The translations under genes and the position numbers were made by a program. DNA of 63,837 bases, counting the filler, from Malassezia furfur (taxonomy: Eukaryota), in NCBI GenBank assembly GCA_052055015.1. It is 3 parts of 3 records of this genome, joined end to end, with 100 filler letters (N's around TTAATTAATTAA, not from the genome) between each part and the next. Parts side by side here need not be neighbours in the genome. Positions count along the whole stretch, not along the records: positions 22,721 to 45,221 come from JBQJIT010000157.1; 2 more parts are not named here. The stretch is one strand, 5' to 3'. The notes beneath the pieces were generated by a model. It was not told the DNA's origin. It made no database searches and saw nothing but the letters and a program-made list of their open reading frames with translations. How positions within the stretch are numbered: position 1 is the first letter of the stretch; each line of letters begins with the position of its first letter. Below, in pieces: positions 33,576-43,701 of the stretch.

Positions 33576-34904
33576 ATGACGCAGTCTACGCCAGATATGC
33601 TTCAAATCTCCCCTGAGTATTACGCTGCCAAATCGCCCGTGGGCCAGCCCCCCGTGGGCACGATGCCCAACGAGCGTCTCCCGGAGGGGGCAAAACTCCC
33701 TCTTATGCTTCAGGAGCTGGAAATCCCCCGGGGAACAGGGAGATTCACGCTGAAGAACCGTGCCAGTGTGCCACCGATGTGCATGTACTCTGCTCGTGAC
33801 GGCTTCCCGACGCCTTTCCATATTGCACATCATGGCCAGTTTGCGCTGCATGGCGTGGGCTCCATTGTTGTTGAAGCTACTGCAGTTTCGCCTGAGGGAC
33901 GCATTTCCCCTGAGGACCTTGGTATCTGGAAGGATGAGCACATTGCTGCGCATGCAAGCCTGGTCCAGACGATTAAAACGATTGGGCCAGGTATCTATTT
34001 CGGCCTCCAGATCGCCCACGCTGGGCGCAAAGCGTCTACACCGACGCCGTGGTTGCCGGGTACGGACAACGCCAAGCCGTACGTGGAGGAGAAAGACGGC
34101 GGGTGGCCAAAGAGTGTGATTAGTCCGTCGGCGATACCTGCCGCCGAAGGCCACATTGTCCCCCATGAACTGTCCATCGACGAAATTCACATCATCGAGA
34201 AGGCCTTTGTGGATGGCGCCGCCCGTGCGTACCGCGCTGGTTATGATTTCGTCGAAATCCACTCCGCTCATGGCTACCTGATCTCTTCATTCAACTCGCC
34301 GCTGTCTAACAAGCGCACAGACGAATACGGTGGCTCGTTTGAGAATCGCACGCGTTTGCTGCGTAACATCGTGAAGGGTATTCGTGAGCGATTCTCGGAC
34401 AAGGGTCTTTGGGTCCGCATCAACGGTACCGATGCCGTTGAATACACACACGAAGACAGCTGGACGATCGAGTCCACAAAACAGATTGCCCCGCTACTGG
34501 AGGAGGCCGGTGTGGATGTCTTGGACATTAGCAGCGGTGGTACGGTGGCATACAACCGTTTTAACCGTGTTCCGGGCTACCAACTCCCGCTCTCGGGTGC
34601 GATCAAGGACCTCGGCCTCAAACGGATGAAGATCAGCGCGGTCGGCGTGCTTCAGGATGGAACAGAGCATGAGCCCACTAAGATTGGTCTATTGGCTGAA
34701 CAGTCGCTGCAAGACGGGAAGGCTGACATTGTCTCGGTTGGGCGTGGCTCGCTTAAAAGCCCTAATTGGGTCGAGTTGGCTGCTTGCAATATGGTCGGTG
34801 TACCTACGGTTGGTGCGGTCCAGTATGAATATGCCGTTGCATCGCTGAAGCGCTTCCAATTTGGCGTCTCGGAGAAGACAGACAACTTCCTGTCTGGCAA
34901 ATAG
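33576..34904 (+). CDS. NADH:flavin oxidoreductase / old yellow enzyme, YqjM-like
   Basis: LKNRASVPPMCMYSA, VEATAVSPEGRISPEDLGIW, QIAHAGRKAS, EIHSAHGYLISSF, RTDEYGGSFENR. Confidence 0.92.
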   Translation: MTQSTPDMLQISPEYYAAKSPVGQPPVGTMPNERLPEGAKLPLMLQELEIPRGTGRFTLKNRASVPPMCMYSARDGFPTPFHIAHHGQFALHGVGSIVVEATAVSPEGRISPEDLGIWKDEHIAAHASLVQTIKTIGPGIYFGLQIAHAGRKASTPTPWLPGTDNAKPYVEEKDGGWPKSVISPSAIPAAEGHIVPHELSIDEIHIIEKAFVDGAARAYRAGYDFVEIHSAHGYLISSFNSPLSNKRTDEYGGSFENRTRLLRNIVKGIRERFSDKGLWVRINGTDAVEYTHEDSWTIESTKQIAPLLEEAGVDVLDISSGGTVAYNRFNRVPGYQLPLSGAIKDLGLKRMKISAVGVLQDGTEHEPTKIGLLAEQSLQDGKADIVSVGRGSLKSPNWVELAACNMVGVPTVGAVQYEYAVASLKRFQFGVSEKTDNFLSGK

Positions 34905-35230
34905 GTCAAGCTAGCAACGGAATTGGCACGTGGGACCACGTGGGATGGAACAGAGCATGAGCCCACTAAGATTGGTCTATTGGCTGAACAGTCGCTGCAA
35001 GACGGGAAGGCTGACATTGTCTCGGTTGGGCGTGGCTCGCTTAAAAGCCCTAATTGGGTCGAGTTGGCTGCTTGCAATATGGTCGGTGTACCTACGGTTG
35101 GTGCGGTCCAGTATGAATATGCCGTTGCATCGCTGAAGCGCTTCCAATTTGGCGTCTCGGAGAAGACAGACAACTTCCTGTCTGGCAAATAGGTCAAGCT
35201 AGCAACGGAATTGGCACGTGGGACCACGTG
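34655..35230. repeat. Perfect 288-bp tandem duplication (34655-34942 = 34943-35230) of the OYE 3' end and downstream spacer
   Basis: Identical sequence at offset 288; yields the duplicate 89-aa ORF at 34923-35192. Confidence 0.95.
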
Positions 35231-35309
35231 GTGTGGTTCCGACTCCCCGAGTTTGACCGTGGAACGGCTTGATTTGCAATCAACTAGGTTCACCACCGTC
35301 ACCATCGAA

Positions 35310-35684
35310 ATGGACCCTTTCCTGTACAAGAAGTACGTTGACCCTGGGTGAGCCGTGCAAGGTGGCAAGTTTGCCCTCATGACGACTGTTAATCGACCGC
35401 CTTGCATCGAGTCCGCTTGCCGCTTTGAATATGAACATATACTGACTATGGCCTCTTTGGTCTTTCTACAGGAACACTGTGCCTGAGCGCCAGCGCATTT
35501 ACCAGGCGGACCCCCGTCCCGTCTACCTGCGTGCCCCTGCCTCGAAGCTGATGTACGGCATCTTCCTTGGCTTCTTCTGGACGGGTATTGCTGGCATTAC
35601 TATCGGTACCTTCAACCAGATTCGCGTACGTGATCTCACTGCTCCAAAAAACGTTTGCTAACCAATCAACAGGGCAAGAAGTAA
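35310..35684 (+). CDS. COX7: Cytochrome c oxidase subunit 7 (Cox7/COX7A-like); 3 exons
   Basis: MDPFLYKK-NTVPERQRIYQADPRPVYLRAPASK, one TM helix, then IR-GKK; introns 35333 (or 35348)-35471 and 35626-35672. Confidence 0.78.
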
Positions 35685-36155
35685 TGGCTTCTGTGGGTAC
35701 TGTCCAGGTGCACTAGTTGTAACTTTGGTCATGTGCACGATTGTGCCTGGCATACAGTCCCAGATACTCCTCATCACTTAGACTTACTGTAACCGTGAGG
35801 TCGCTGTATTGTGCACAGCTGTGTGGCCGTGGCTGTCATGAGACGTGCCACAGCGCATAGTCCCGCGATGGTTGCGAGTGTCGCGTGAAGGTGGCAGGTG
35901 GGGAATGTAAAACCCCTTTCTTTTGCTTGTTTCATGTGCCATAGAATGTCAGTGTGGTATGGGGGGTTGACCTATTGGCGATCAAGTGCGGGAACTGTCG
36001 CGATGATGGGTTGCCCCTAATGGCCTACGGCTAGCCCAGCGGGCCGATTGAGACGCACCGAGGTGGACCGGTTTTTTGGACAATTAAATAAAATTGCCGA
36101 ATTTAGGGTATACTACTACACAAAAGGCATAACGGCGAGCCGAGTCGACCAGCAG

Positions 36156-37373
36156 CTACCAGTCGACATCCGATACCGTGTCACCACGTTCACTTCCCGT
36201 AAACTCCTCCGTAGACGTGTACTCAAAGTCGGTCACCGGCGGAGACTGCACGCCATCAAACGCATGCTGCAAGATACCGGCCGTGAGCGGCGAGGGATCG
36301 GTGTCCACAGCAATGGCCGACGATGTTGTGCTTCCCACGGTACTGGTCGAGTCTGTGCGAGCATGTCTTGGCCTGTGGAGCTGCGTGGCACTAGCACGAG
36401 TACGACGACCACGGACCAGCGGGTTGCAATGCAGAATCCAGGTATGCCGCTCTTGCCCACCCGTCGCACGGTCTCCCGAGAGTACGGGACGTGAGAAGCT
36501 GGGGCAATTGAGCACACGCGCCACGCAATGGACGGCAAGACGATTGTAGGCGTCATCGATGTGCCATACAAGCAAGGCAGGCGTGCGTCGAACTTCCAAG
36601 ATGGCAGTGCTGTTCCGCACGGACGACGCAGGCCTGGCCAGAATCTCGCGAGGAGCCACAGGGGCATTCCCATCCTGACGATGCACCGTCTGCTGCAGCC
36701 AAGTCGAAATCTCGCGTTCCGCGGTCTCAATGAGCTGCTCAATGAACGTAGCCGGTGCCGGAGGAATGCGATGGACTGGGTCCGACAGGGACATAGTGTA
36801 CATTGCTTGCGCCACACCATCAGCCCAGTTTGTCGTCGAACGACGTGCACGCAAAAACTGCTGCGCGTCCTTCAAGCTCATTGAGAATTGGCCCTTAAGC
36901 GCAGAATCCACCTCAAATGTAGCCGACGCATGCTGTGGCGATGCGAAATCTGGCACGCGTGACTCTGCAATCGACTCCAAGCGGCCCACATTCGCATCAC
37001 GCTGCGTCACAAACGTCGAGCGCACTTTGTTGGGCTGTACCTGAAAGTCGGACGGGGTCGGTCGTGATGTGTGGGGGTTCGATAAGAAACGGTTATTTTC
37101 ATTGCGGCGCATCCGCCGCCTGCCGACATATGCATCACCCCTGCTTGGGATGCCCTGTCCGACACCCGGCCGTGTACGTACGGGGGGCGGCTGCAGATGC
37201 CGCAAGCGGGGATTCCGCAAAATGGCGGGGAGGCTCATCGGGATAGGACCGTCAGTTTGCTGCTCTGTACCGTGTGATGTCGAATTCTGCACACCACCAG
37301 ACAAAACTGCAGCGCGGTCCTCCCCCGAGGCATGCAAAGCCACAGGGGAGCGGTGCTCGAGCGGCGATGTCAT
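36156..37373 (-). CDS. Protein with R3H-associated N-terminal motif and R3H-like domain
   Basis: GRRRMRRNENNRFLSNPH and DDAYNRLAVHCVARVLNCPSFS (RxxxH). Confidence 0.65.
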   Translation of the reverse strand: MTSPLEHRSPVALHASGEDRAAVLSGGVQNSTSHGTEQQTDGPIPMSLPAILRNPRLRHLQPPPVRTRPGVGQGIPSRGDAYVGRRRMRRNENNRFLSNPHTSRPTPSDFQVQPNKVRSTFVTQRDANVGRLESIAESRVPDFASPQHASATFEVDSALKGQFSMSLKDAQQFLRARRSTTNWADGVAQAMYTMSLSDPVHRIPPAPATFIEQLIETAEREISTWLQQTVHRQDGNAPVAPREILARPASSVRNSTAILEVRRTPALLVWHIDDAYNRLAVHCVARVLNCPSFSRPVLSGDRATGGQERHTWILHCNPLVRGRRTRASATQLHRPRHARTDSTSTVGSTTSSAIAVDTDPSPLTAGILQHAFDGVQSPPVTDFEYTSTEEFTGSERGDTVSDVDW

Positions 37374-37601
37374 CAGCCCGAGTCAAAAAAAAAAAGAAAC
37401 ACGGCAATGCTTGGGAACAGCCACCCTCCTGGTTCGAGGGTTCGCCACGTGCATAGTTAAAAATCTTGCCGGCTATGAACACATGGTATATAGTCGAACG
37501 GCGTTTCACATATGAAGACATAGGTACATATCACCCTACTAGCGCATCTTGATCACATAGGAGGGGAGAGAAAGGGAGGCAATGAAAGTCGTGGGAACGA
37601 A

Positions 37602-38730
37602 CTAGCGGTGCTGGGGAAGACCTGCACCCAATTCCGTTGCCGAGTTGGGCGCGGCCCGGTTCAGGGGGAAGGGGTTGGCGCTACCCTCGCGACGCGGCGG
37701 AGATGGAGGGCGAGAGCTGTATGCGCGCGTCGAGACCGAGCTGCGACCGAAATCATGCGAGAGCATCGAGCCGTCAAAGTCAGATGACACGAGCGGCTCC
37801 TTGGTGTCCCATGCAGAATGCTTGGATCCGACACTGAACTCGAGGTCCTCCTTGGTGATGTCATCCCAGAACTTGTACACCATCATCACAGCGAAGAGCA
37901 TACAGAGCGAGATGAAGAACGTCCCGTCGATGTAGTGCTTCACGCTTCTGCAGATCTGGTTGTTGAAACCGAACATGAGGATAATGCCGGCAACGTAGGC
38001 CAGCGTACCGAGCGCAATGTCGTTGATGGCCCAGAAGTCGTCGAGCGTGCGCACCACGAGTACCACCTGCGATACAATGTAGATGGCCACCATGATGATA
38101 GGGAAAATGAACTCGAAGAACCACAAACCGCCCGGGCTGTTGTCGACGTTGCCAAACGTCCATGCCGACACAGCGAAACCAATCACCCAGAACACCAGCG
38201 TGGAGAGACGCAGCGTCCACAATGAAAGGGGGGTTCCATCCTCGGCGAACTGGAACCCGACAAAGCCATTGAGCATCAGGCACCAGAAAATACACGTTTT
38301 GAGGCCGATGTAAATGGCCGTGAACCACTGTGGTTAGTTCCGTGGCTCTTTGGCAAGACGTACCCGATACGCGCCCGCGTGCGTTGGGATCACGGCCGAG
38401 TCAAGGAACAACACGAGCAGTTCCGAAACTCCATAGAGGTAGAAAAAGAAGACGATTTCTTTCCGGCCCACCGCTGTGTATTTGCAGTGCACATGGTAGA
38501 CCATGATGGCGGTCATAAAGATGGCTGCCATATGGATGATGCATGTAGCTGTATTGTCAGTATTTGAGCTCCTAGCGTCACGTACCCGGCTGGAAAATAA
38601 TGGTATTGTTAATGTCGATGTTACGCGAATAACACTCAGGAACCAGGCCTAAATTCGTGCCCAGCAGCGGGCACGAGACCATCGCCATGGAATTGCAGAT
38701 GCCATCGTAATTTCCCCACGAGAAACCCAT
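37602..38730 (-). CDS. CHS7: Chitin synthase export chaperone; 3 exons
   Basis: [64 protein letters not shown]; introns 38549-38585 (37 nt) and 38328-38363 (36 nt). Confidence 0.94.
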
Positions 38731-38978
38731 GCTGGCCGACGTGCGCTGCGACGACCACTACGTCGTGGGACAGGGTGACGCCGACGGACGGCGCGCGCGG
38801 CGAGCAATGCCACAGGGGGAATTTTTGCGACCTACTAGGTCCCTTTTCGTGCATGGCAAAGACTAGGGCGACGGCCCCGACCGCGGGTTTTGTCATGCAT
38901 GACAAATCGCGGGCGACGGCGCGTGCTTTGCGCGCGGCGCGAGCGGGGCTCCTGGAATCGGGTTGCTATGGACAAGGC

Positions 38979-40077
38979 CTAAGTCTGCAGGCGGTTCTCC
39001 ATCGCCCGCAGGTTCTCCTCCTTCGCGAGAAGCTGCTGGCGCTTCTCCATGATTTCGCGCTGGATGCGCAGTTCGATTTCCCGAAGCTTCTCCTCCTCGC
39101 GGCGGAGCTGCTCCTCCCGGAGGCGCACGCTTTGGTTCATCATGTCCTCGCTCGGCAGCGACGCATCCGGACCGAAGTCGCCCGGAGCACCGCGCGAGAG
39201 ACGCTCGGTACGGTAGTTCTCGTACAAGAAGTCGTGAGTGATTTCCTTCAGGTCGTTGAGGTGGGTGCCAAACAGCGCGCTCTTCAGCCGGCTAAAGTCG
39301 CAGTGCTCCGGGTTGTCCACCTCGACCGTGCCCCACGGGTATGCGCGGCCGAGGGTGACCTCGCCAGTCTCGGTGCGCACCTCTTCCTCAGAGCCGATCA
39401 CCGCGAACGGAAGCAGCGAGCGGAGCTCACTGTTCTCGGCGATCGTGTCGGGGTGGTCCTCTTCCACGTCGTATGGGAAGTTGTAGATGGGGATCTGGTA
39501 GTGCTCAATGTCCTCCATCACACGCCTCTTGAAGTCAATCAGCTCCTGGCGCCTGAACGAGTCCGACTTGGCGATGACCGGGATGACGTTCACGCGCGGG
39601 CTGAGCTTCTTCATCAGCTCGATGTCCATCTCGCGCAGGCCATGGCCGGTGGGCGCGATGAAGTAGATCAGCGCGTGTACACGGTTGTCGCGGAAGCGTG
39701 GATTGCGGCGGATACGCGACTCTTCGGCAAGAATGTCGTCGTACTGGCGCTCGAGGAACCCAAGGATCTCGTCAAACATGTACTCGTTGTCCATGCTGTC
39801 ACCAAAGCCCGGGGTGTCGACAATGGTCAGGCCAATGCGGGAGCCCTCGGCCTCGATCTCGAGGTTCACCGGCTGGATCCGCAGACCGGGCTCCACGCCG
39901 GCGTTTTGTGCGTTGTCGTCGTCCCGGTGTTCGATGACGTTGGATTCGCAAAGCGTGTTGACAAAGGTGGTTTTCCCTGCGAGGATGAGACGATGTTCAC
40001 GTACCTGTGCCACTCGCACCAACGACCATCATACAGAAGGACACACCCTTCTTCACTGCGCGACGTCGAGAAGCCAT
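38979..40077 (-). CDS. CDC11: Septin, Cdc11 group; 2 exons
   Basis: GASGTGKTTFVNTL restored by intron 39977-40004 (28 nt); DTPGFGD, RNPRFRDNRVH, AKSD, LYENYRTERL, C-terminal coiled coil. Confidence 0.9.
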
Positions 40078-40244
40078 CTTTGGTGTACTGGATGGGGTGC
40101 TACGCTCTCGGCTCCAACCAGCGCAATCCTCGTGGACGGCACAACGACCGCCGTGCCGCGGGCAACGCGTGCGCACCACGTGCCGGCGCGTCGTCACGTG
40201 AGAAGAAGGTTTCGTGACTCGGAAGCCTGTGCGCCACGTCCGTC

Positions 40245-41714
40245 ATGACCGCCGCCTCGTACCAGTCGTTTACGCGGATCGAGCCTTCGTCGCCACCGAA
40301 CAAGGGCTTCGCGCCCATTGCGTCTATCCAAAATACCATGAACGATCCATATGCAGCGCCTGCGCGTGTGCCTTTGGATGGCACCACGCTGCCGACCCAG
40401 ACGCACGGCCGTGCGCGGTCAGTGTCCATCCCCGGCGCGCAGGCGCCGCGTGTGCTCCAGCCGTTCGATCGCGAGGAGATCAAGATTTTGCTGCTGGAGA
40501 ACGTGAGCCAGGGTGCCGTGGCCATGCTGCGTGAGCAGGGGTATCAGGTCGACTTCCACACCGGCAGCTGGTCCGAGGACGAGCTGCTCGAAAAAATTGG
40601 CGACTACCACGCCATCGGCATCCGCTCCAAGACACGCCTCACCAAGAATGTATTTTCGGCTGCGAAGAAGCTGCTCGTCGTGGGCTGCTTCTGCATCGGC
40701 ACGAACCAGGTGGACCTCAAGGCAGCGGGCGACCGCGGCATTCCCGTCTTCAACTCGCCCTTCGCCAACTCGCGCTCGGTGGCGGAGCTCGTGATTGGTG
40801 AGATGGTGTGCCTGTCGCGCCAGCTGACCGACCGTGCGCAGGAGATGCGCAACGGGACCTGGAACAAGGTGTCAAAGAACTGCTACGAGCTGCGTGGCAA
40901 ACTGCTCGGCATCATTGGCTACGGCCACATTGGCTCGCAGCTCTCGGTGCTGGCCGAGTCTATGGGCATGCGTGTGATCTACTACGATGTCCTGCCGCTC
41001 ATGCCGCTCGGCAGTGCGCGCCAGGCCGACACGCTCGAGGAGTTGCTTGGCGAGGCCGACTTTGTTACGCTCCACGTTCCTGAGCTGCCGGAAACGCGCG
41101 GGATGATTGGCGCCAAGCAGCTGGCGCAGATGAAGAAGGGCTCCTTCCTGATCAACAACTCGCGTGGCACCGTGGTGGACCTGGCCGCGCTTGCGGACGC
41201 GATGGAGTCGAAGCACCTCGGCGGGTGCGCCGTCGATGTGTACCCCCGTGAGCCGCCTAAGAACGGCGAGAATATGTTCACCAATGAGCTGAACCCCTGG
41301 GCGTCGCATCTGCAGAAGCAGCCGAACGTGATCATGACGCCGCACATTGGTGGCAGCACCGAAGAGGCGCAGAGCATGATCGGTATCGAGGTCGGCAATG
41401 CGCTGTGCCGCTACCTCAACTTTGGCAGCAGCATCGGTGCGGTCAACTTCCCCGAGGTGTCGCTGCGTCCCATTACCGAGTCTGAGGTGCGTGTGATCCG
41501 TATCTGCTACGTGCACCACAACCAGCCCGGTGCCCTGCTCGCGGTCAACGAGATCATCGGCTCGCACAACGTCGACAAGCAGTCGACCGACTCGCTGAAG
41601 GACATTGCGTACCTCCTGGCCGATATCAGCGACGTGTCGGAGAGCGACATTCGCGATATCTACACGCGCCTCAGCAAGACACCGGCGTGCATCCTGACCC
41701 GCCTGCTCTCGTAG
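40245..41714 (+). CDS. SER3: D-3-phosphoglycerate dehydrogenase
   Basis: GIRSKT, GCFCIGTNQVD, FNSPFANSRSVAEL, GIIGYGHIGSQ, TPHIGGSTEEAQ, ACT domain. Confidence 0.96.
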   Translation: MTAASYQSFTRIEPSSPPNKGFAPIASIQNTMNDPYAAPARVPLDGTTLPTQTHGRARSVSIPGAQAPRVLQPFDREEIKILLLENVSQGAVAMLREQGYQVDFHTGSWSEDELLEKIGDYHAIGIRSKTRLTKNVFSAAKKLLVVGCFCIGTNQVDLKAAGDRGIPVFNSPFANSRSVAELVIGEMVCLSRQLTDRAQEMRNGTWNKVSKNCYELRGKLLGIIGYGHIGSQLSVLAESMGMRVIYYDVLPLMPLGSARQADTLEELLGEADFVTLHVPELPETRGMIGAKQLAQMKKGSFLINNSRGTVVDLAALADAMESKHLGGCAVDVYPREPPKNGENMFTNELNPWASHLQKQPNVIMTPHIGGSTEEAQSMIGIEVGNALCRYLNFGSSIGAVNFPEVSLRPITESEVRVIRICYVHHNQPGALLAVNEIIGSHNVDKQSTDSLKDIAYLLADISDVSESDIRDIYTRLSKTPACILTRLLS

Positions 41715-41856
41715 TGGCCATGCTTGGCCGCACGCAGCCTTCCTCAACGAGGGCGCCGTGCAGGTGGAGGAAGGGCCGGACTTTGCATAGATCCTAGTAG
41801 GTGCTTACATATATGTTAAGGGCACCCATTCTTCCCTCTCCTACCTTCTGTTTGTG

Positions 41857-42785
41857 ATGCCGCGAAGGATCCCCGTTCAGGTCACGCAGACCGTGAGTCG
41901 CCTGCTGGAGGGCGGGTACGTGAAGAAGCCGCCGGCGTGGTACGAGCCGACGCTCCGCCATCCCCCGGCGCTTGTCCCGCCGCGGCAGTCGCGCGAGCGG
42001 CCGGACAGCGACCTGCCCCGCGCGCTGCAGCGCGAGGCGCGCGAGTCGCTCACACACCGCGAGCGCCCGCACATGAACTCGCGCAAGAAGCTGCGCTCGC
42101 AGATGCCGCCGCTGCGTCCTCAACCGATCGTGTACGACGCGGACCGCATCCGCCGCCAGTTCTTCCGTGACCACCCCTGGGAGGCCAAGCGTGCTACGAC
42201 GCTCGTCGAGATGGACTATGAGCTCGAGGCGAACCCGGAGCCGCAGATCCCCAAGGGAGAGATGCCAGAGCTGATGCACTGGAGCCGGCTGAATCCGTCC
42301 GTCGAAGAGTACGTTTTGTTGACTCATGCAGCGTCATCCAATGCACCCTGCGCACCTGCCAGGACAGCGATCTGTCGCTCTCCCAGGCGTACCGCCGCAC
42401 GATCGCAGCTTACCATGCAACCCAGGCCGAGCGTGAGCACCGCATCCGCTATGCGAATTATGAGGCGCGCAGCCTTGGTGGTGACCTCGGCCGGTCAGAG
42501 ACCACGCGCGGTTTCGTGAAGGAGCAGCGCGAGCTGGACAAGTGGGCCGGTGTCGCACGCAAGGATGCTGGGCCAGTGCAGGACGACCAGGCCACGGCGG
42601 CCGGTACGCTGGCGCGCAAGAAACGCGTCGATTCCACGTTTACGGGCGGCGATGCCTATCTGAAGGCGGCAACGCAGCTGCGGGCCGGACAATCGGTCGC
42701 GCCATCGACGCCCTCGGTGCCGCGTGCAGCGCAGGATGCGACTGCCTCGGACGACTTCCTGGGCGTTGCCCAATCTCTGCGCTAA
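41857..42785 (+). CDS. RSM25: Mitochondrial ribosomal protein mS23; 2 exons
   Basis: PPAWYE...HPP, RPQPIVYDADRIRRQFFRDHPWEAKR; intron 42309-42331 (23 nt) joins the two ORFs in frame. Confidence 0.88.
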
Positions 42786-42829
42786 TGTTCATACCCAGAA
42801 AACGACATAGCTCGCACGGTGCACCGCCC

Positions 42830-43609
42830 TTAGTCGGTCCCTTCGAGGTCCAGCTCGCCGTTCTCCACGAGCTCGTGCAGGAGCGCAAAGAAGCTAAACA
42901 CGGGGAAGCCCACGACGTTGCTGTAGTCGCCCTCTACGCCGCGCACGAGCAGGGCGCCCTTGCCCTGGATCGCAAAGCCGCCTGCGCGGTCGAGCCCCTC
43001 TTCGCTGTCGACGTACGCCTGCAGTACCGACGCGGGGGTGTCGGAGAAGTGCAAGCGCGTCTGCTCCACGAGTGTACGCACTTTGAAGCCCGGGCTCTGC
43101 AGGATGGGGTGCACGATTGCGACGCCAGTCATTGCCGTGCACTGCGTGAGCCTGGAAGCAACGTACCGAGTGTCCGCTGAGGTCTGCAAGCATGCGCAGG
43201 TTGTCCATCTTGTTCGTTGGCTTTTCCATGATCTCTTCGCCATACACGATGATCGTGTCTGCGGCAATCACCAGGTCTGGCGGAGTGTCGGGCTGCTCAC
43301 GCACAAGACGCTCGTACACCTCCATGGCCTTGTGCGACGCCGTCTGCACGGGGTACTCGTGCACCCCCTCGCCTGCAAATTCGTTCTTGGGCAGATCTTC
43401 TTCGAAGCGCGATGGAACAACTTCTGGGCGCAGGCCCTACCGTCAGCTGCAACTCGGTACCTACCACGGACGCGAGCAGCTCGACGCGTCGAGGGCTTCC
43501 GCTCGCCAGCACTATGCGCTTGTCTGGGTCAGATTCTCCACGCACTTTTGAGCCGCGTGAACACGGGCGTATCAAGCGCGTCAGCCTCTACACAGTTGAC
43601 GTTCGCCAT
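42830..43609 (-). CDS. Maf-family nucleoside triphosphate pyrophosphatase (YhdE/ASMTL-like); 4 exons
   Basis: IVLASGSPRR, FEEDL, VIAADT, EKP, DRAGGFAIQG, GDYSNVVGFP; introns 43524-43545 (22 nt), 43437-43464 (28 nt), 43142-43166 (25 nt). Confidence 0.92.
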
Positions 43610-43701
43610 TCCCCGAGGCGCTGACGTCGACGAGCCCATTCGCAACAACGCACGGATCGTCTTGGGACGTGGCCCTCGGCCGAGCACATCTTCTCACGTC
43701 G

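Noticed and set aside
33576..34904. Horizontal transfer of the intronless OYE (or SCOT) gene from bacteria
   Set aside because: Both families are widespread in fungi, many native genes here are intronless, and SCOT has a mitochondrial presequence. A phylogeny would be needed to support transfer.
34923..35192. 89-aa ORF as a second oxidoreductase gene
   Set aside because: It is only the duplicated C-terminal fragment created by the 288-bp repeat and has a non-ATG start.
35968..36000. CCTATTGGCGATCAAGTGCGGGAACTGT resembles the U2 snRNA 5' region
   Set aside because: The invariant branch-pairing GTAGTA is absent and the flanks do not align; probably a chance match.
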